DNA of 64,000 nucleotides. It comes from the human T2T-CHM13v2.0 reference genome, Homo sapiens. How positions within the stretch are numbered: position 1 is the first letter of the stretch; each line of letters opens with the position of its first letter. The stretch lies in NCBI RefSeq assembly GCF_009914755.1, contig NC_060935.1, one strand, 5' to 3'. A program made the position numbers and the translations under genes. Below, piece by piece: positions 59,266-64,000 of this stretch. The notes beneath the pieces are model-generated. The model was given only the letters and a program-made list of their open reading frames with translations, did no database searches and was not told the origin of the DNA.

Positions 59266-60597
59266 CATCTCTTTATTTCTTATAGGCATTATCTTTGTAC
59301 TTGTGCTCAATCCGAAAGATAAATATGACATTCTCTGTCTTTCAGTAAAATAATCCATTCTAAATCCAGATGAACGTTGGATTGCTTGCTGGTTTGTAAT
59401 TTTTATGGAATACAATATTTGTTCACTTGATCTAAAAAATTAAGAGTTGGCCATTAATGGTCTACAAAAAACAGGTTTGTCAGATTATTTGTAGCACCCT
59501 GTTCCTCTTAAGCTATATTTACTTAAATACTTGCATTTGAGAAAATTTTTTACTATGTAATATATTCACATGGTTAAAAAATTTTAAAGGCACACATAGA
59601 GTAATCTTACTCCTCCCCGTATTTCTCTACCCTGATAAGATATCTGGATGTACCGTAGTTTGTTTAACCAATCCCCTTGTAAATGAGCACTCGAGTTACC
59701 TCCAGCTTTTCACTATTACAGACAATGCTGCAGTGAGTAGCCTTGTATTTCATTTCACATGTATTCAGTTATAGAAACATTCCTGGAAGTGGGAAGTTGA
59801 ATTCAGGGTGCTAAGTTGGCATTCGTAGGTGCTGTAACATTTTGAACTTCTACATGAGCAGTGAGAGAATTATTTGCTTCTGAATAGCAGTGTTTGGGAA
59901 ACTTTCTAAACCTCTATAGATAAGGGAAATAGAAGTAGAGTTTGTCCACTCAACTCGTGTTGGGACTGAGTCTGGGACTTGGTTTGTAATTTAAAATGTA
60001 GTGTTGTTTCCAACAGGCTATCCTGGAATTGCTATCTTAAAGTTAAGACATGCTGGTAAAATAATAAAAGTTGTTAGCTGACAAAGTGATATTAAAGGAG
60101 ATCCTCCCCATTTTGTTAGTATCTGTAAATTCATGTATCTGTATTTTCTGAGTTTTGTGGTCACAGAAAGAAAGAATGAACAAATAGAGTAATTTTCTGT
60201 ACTCACATTTCGGTAAAATGAAGGTGGGATATACAAGTTTACACTTACAGTCTGTGCAGCCCATATACGTTTTCTGGTTCTGGGGTTGTTTTTATATTCT
60301 CTGCATGGAGACTGGCAACATCAGCATCACATGAGTACCACCTGACTCTAGTGACCTAGTCTCTTTCAACCTGATTTTTAATTGTTTGGTCTTTTTTGTT
60401 TGTTTTTAACTGCTGCTTGCAGGGCTACCCCATAGGAGTGTGCCCAGAATAGCCTGTTTTGTCTTTTAGTTCTGCAACATCAGAAGACAAAGAGTAAATA
60501 TTATATGTGCATGAGGGATGCTCTTAAAAAATGGTTCATTTTACTTTCAGTAAGAGGCCAGGTTTCTTGATGCACAACTTTTTTGTTTGTTTTACAG

Positions 60598-60681
60598 TGG
60601 AAGATAGATGATAAGCCTGTAAAAATTGACAAGTGGGATGGATCAGCTGTGAAAAACTCTTTGGATGATTCTGCCAAAAAG
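60598..60681 (+). CDS. SPCS2: SPCS2 exon 2 (WKIDDKPVKIDKWDGSAVKNSLDDSAKK)
   Basis: tttgttttacag| ... AAG|GTACTT; 84 nt, phase 0-0; conserved SPC25 motif KWDGSAVKNSLDD. Confidence 0.96.
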
Positions 60682-60855
60682 GTACTTTCTTGAGGAGGGG
60701 TTGGTTAGTATCTATACAGCTGATGGCCATCTCTCCTGGGAAATCTTTTCCTTTTGTAACTTGGAGTGACCTTAGTTTTCAGTGTTAGAAATTAAGTCAG
60801 AAAGCAGTTTCTAAAATTTCTCACAGAAAAAGTCAGAGGAAGTGTGTTGAAATAT

Positions 60856-60953
60856 CACCAACATGGCACATGTATACATATGTAACAAACCTGCACGTTG
60901 TGCACATGTACCCTAAAACTTAAAGTATAATAATAATAAAATTAAAAAAAAAA
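60856..60953 (+). mobile_element. Severely 5'-truncated young L1PA (~98 bp) in SPCS2 intron 2
   Basis: catggcacatgtatacatatgtaacaaacctgcacgttgtgcacatgtaccctaaaacttaaagtataat + A tail; TSD GAAATAT (60849-60855 / 60954-60960). Confidence 0.92.
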
Positions 60954-61326
60954 GAAATATAGATGTTGGCTATCTCAAGAAAGCTGGTAATTTTTTGTTT
61001 TTGAGATTAATTAGCCTAGAGCACAGAAGGGTGAGAGAAGATAGGACATTCATTCATGATAAATCATCTCTCCATTTGTAAAAGTAAAACATTTTAGCTG
61101 TGGGAAAAGTTGAGGAGTTTAAAGTTTTTTATATGAGGGATTGATGAACTTTTTCTCTTGGTTCTTTATAGAAGGCTTGAGTTTTACTTGTTTGGTGTGG
61201 TAAAATCCCAACTGGAGGGAACTACTTGGTAATTCATATGATTCTTTTATCATGGAAATCAAGAATAAAAGCACATACTGGGGAGGAAGTATTCCTATTA
61301 GCTTGATTCCTTCTTTTTCTCACCAG

Positions 61327-61487
61327 GTACTTCTGGAAAAATACAAATATGTGGAGAATTTTGGTCTAATTGATGGTCGCCTCACCATCTGTACAATCTC
61401 CTGTTTCTTTGCCATAGTGGCTTTGATTTGGGATTATATGCACCCCTTTCCAGAGTCCAAACCCGTTTTGGCTTTGTGTGTCATATC
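61327..61487 (+). CDS. SPCS2: SPCS2 exon 3 ([12 protein letters not shown]...PVLALCVIS), transmembrane region
   Basis: ttttctcaccag|; ends at TC|ATATCCTTT; 161 nt; hydrophobic segments; downstream exons lie outside the window. Confidence 0.95.
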
Positions 61488-61496
61488 ATATCCTTT
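61488..61496 (+). other. SPCS2: U12-type (minor spliceosome) AT-AC 5' splice site of SPCS2 intron 3
   Basis: ATATCCTTT matches the U11-recognised RTATCCTTT consensus where SPCS2 homology breaks off; no GT donor at this position. Confidence 0.93.
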
Positions 61497-62321
61497 ATTT
61501 ATGCTCAGGTTGTTTTCTAGTGACTATTTTTTTAAATCTGCTGATATTTCTCCCTACAAAAAACAAAACGGACTTTCATATTAGGGCTTGCTAATGTTAG
61601 AATTCAACATTTTGAGCTGTGATGTTTATATAGTAAATATCTATCAGTTTATATAGTAACTGTCACTGATATTTTATGTTTTGTATGGTTATTTTATCGT
61701 AATTCATTTTTGTTATTAATGTAGAGGTTATTGTCCTAATATGAGCACTTAATAGCAAAACACATAGTAATAGTGAACCCAGCTCTTCTCATTTCTAGCC
61801 CAGAACTTTTCCCGTTAGACGTGGCTGCTTCAAGCCACTCATTCTAGGATATTAGGAAAGGATCTGATTTTGGAGACTCAGATCTGTATTAAGTTTACTT
61901 GAAGCTGAGGAGCTGAACTGGAAAGTACTGAGCATGAGATACAAGTGTGGCTTGTATTACAGTGGAATTAAGAACTTATTCTGGAGCTAGAGAATATGGG
62001 TTTGAAATCCAAGGTATCTGTGATCTTGTGCTAATGAAAATTTACTTATTTTTGAGATGATTTGAATACCACTCATTTATAAATATGGGTAGCATTCAGA
62101 ATTATCATAAAGATTAAATGAGAGATTTTATATTGTATTTGATACATAATCATTTCCTTTCCCCTCTTTTTTATGATAAATGTAAGATCATGGTCGTTGC
62201 CTACCCAGCGTGATTTTTTTTCTCAAGAAGTTGAATATAAAGAACTTAATTATACTTCACTATTAAAATAGGTAATTTTGGTTGGTAGTTTACTTTTTTA
62301 AACAATGTTACCACTACCTAA

Positions 62322-62606
62322 ATTTTGTTTTGTTTTCGTTTTTTTTGAGACAGGGTCTTACCGTGTCACCCAGGCTGAAGTACAGTGGTGTGATCATGAC
62401 TCACTGCAGCGTCAGCCTCCTGGCTCGAGCAATTCTCCCACCTCAACCTCCTGAGTAGACGGGCACATGCCACCATGTCTGCCTAATTTTTAAATTTTTT
62501 ACAGAGACAAGGTCCTACTACGTTGCCTAGGCTGGTCTCAAAACTCCTGGGCCCAAGCAATCCTCCCAAAGTGCTGGGATTACAGGCATAAGCCACTGTG
62601 CCCAGC
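62322..62606 (-). mobile_element. AluJ
   Basis: Antisense dimer. Confidence 0.88.
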
Positions 62607-62639
62607 CAACCTGAAATATGTTTTAAAACTTCATGTTGG

Positions 62640-62990
62640 GGATTTATCTTCAGAGGCAGTTAGCAAACCTCTGATAAAGCAGATCCTAGTCAAAAATTGT
62701 ATTATCCAGATTGCCCCACATAGCCCCCAGAAGTGGCACCAGGTGATCCTTGACTCCTTTCAGTAATCAGATTAATCATCCCAGTATGAATTTTTCACTA
62801 TTAAGGCAGTTCAGAAGAATAATATTCCATAGGTTCTAGAGACAGTTCCCAGGGGAATTCCAAAGAGATTTGAAAATGATAGCAACATTATTACAAATAT
62901 CTGGCCTCCCAAGAGAACTACCTTGATGGTAATTCATTTGTTTGGTTATATTTGTTTAATAAAACAAGGTCTTATTTTTGTCATGTCAGT
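62640..62990 (+). mobile_element. Ancient mariner (MARNA-like) transposase C-terminal remnant
   Basis: Degenerate match to the mariner YSPDLAP.D motif (62715-62750) and to the C-terminal ASQG.YFEG motif (gcctcccaagagaactaccttgatggt). Confidence 0.5.
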
Positions 62991-63033
62991 TTTATTTATA
63001 ATGTAGGGACTACCATTATAAATGTCTTCTGTT

Positions 63034-63570
<537 letters not shown>

Positions 63571-63758
63571 TCAGTATTATCCCAATTTTAAAGGTAAGGA
63601 TACTAAGACTTGGGGAAGGAAGTTATTTGTTACAATCATACTGATTAAAGGCCAAGATTTAAATCTAGGATTATCTCTACTCTAAAGTCCATATACTTTG
63701 TACTATATTTTCCTGCCTTTCCTGTTCATGAAATTTATCTATTTTTTAACTCTTCTTT

Positions 63759-63857
63759 AATGGAATGCTTCATGAATTTGCCTGTCATCCTTGTGCTAGG
63801 GCCATGCTAACCTCTGTATCGTTCTAATTTTAGTATATGTGCTGCCGAAGCGAGCAC
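63759..63857 (-). pseudogene. U6 snRNA retropseudogene (RNU6 family)
   Basis: Minus strand reads GTGCTCGCTTCGGCAGCACATATACTAAAATTAGAACGATACAGAG...; small deletion at the ACAGAGA box; A-rich tail; 16-bp TSD TGTTCATGAAATTTAT at 63723-63738 and 63858-63873. Confidence 0.95.
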
Positions 63858-63873
63858 TGTTCATGAAATTTAT

Positions 63874-64000
63874 TTTTATTTTATTTATTTTATTTTTATT
63901 TTTTGATACAGGGTCTCACTCTGTTGCCCAGGCTGGAGTGCAGTGGCACGATCTTGCCTCACTATAGCCTCTGCCTCCCAGGTTCAAGTGATTCTCCTGC
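63874..64000 (-). mobile_element. Alu 3' end, cut by the window edge
   Basis: T-rich tail then gatacagggtctcactctgttgcccaggctggagtgcagtgg. Confidence 0.9.

Noticed and set aside
61252-61326. ATG upstream of SPCS2 exon 3 (110-aa ORF)
   Set aside because: Intronic extension through the polypyrimidine tract; no promoter evidence.
63759-63857. Functional U6 or U6atac gene
   Set aside because: TSD, A-rich tail, damaged ACAGAGA box, an Alu tail where PSE/TATA should be and no T-run terminator; the sequence is U6, not U6atac.

Overview
Primate (most likely human) genomic DNA: repeat-rich, with spliced genes. It holds two genes head-to-head on one CpG-island promoter at ~44.4-45.0 kb. Minus strand: the first ten exons of XRRA1 (leucine-rich-repeat protein). 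Two are 5'UTR exons and eight are coding exons that splice in frame into 334 codons plus 1 nt, and the gene continues off the left edge. Plus strand: exons 1-3 of SPCS2 (signal peptidase complex subunit 2), whose third intron starts with a U12-type ATATCCTTT donor and runs off the right edge. From memory this is the human 11q13 locus; that was not verified by a search. The introns hold an RPL31 processed pseudogene, a U6 snRNA retrocopy, a decayed ERV-L provirus (RT, RNase H, integrase, dUTPase, LTR), about 30 Alus, L1/L2/MIR/CR1 fragments, MaLR LTRs and DNA-transposon relics. I see no wholly new biological system. The best leads are: (1) a stop-free, in-frame 68-codon XRRA1 leader from a GUG in strong Kozak context, with a very basic NLS-like segment formed across a splice junction; (2) features around the SPCS2 minor intron (AGGTACTT at both ends of intron 2, an L1 poly(A) signal in intron 2, an antisense U6 copy in intron 3); (3) an Alu with an apparent 3' transduction; (4) a young 161-bp tandem duplication beside the shared promoter. 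Repeat subfamily names were recognised by eye and their boundaries are approximate.
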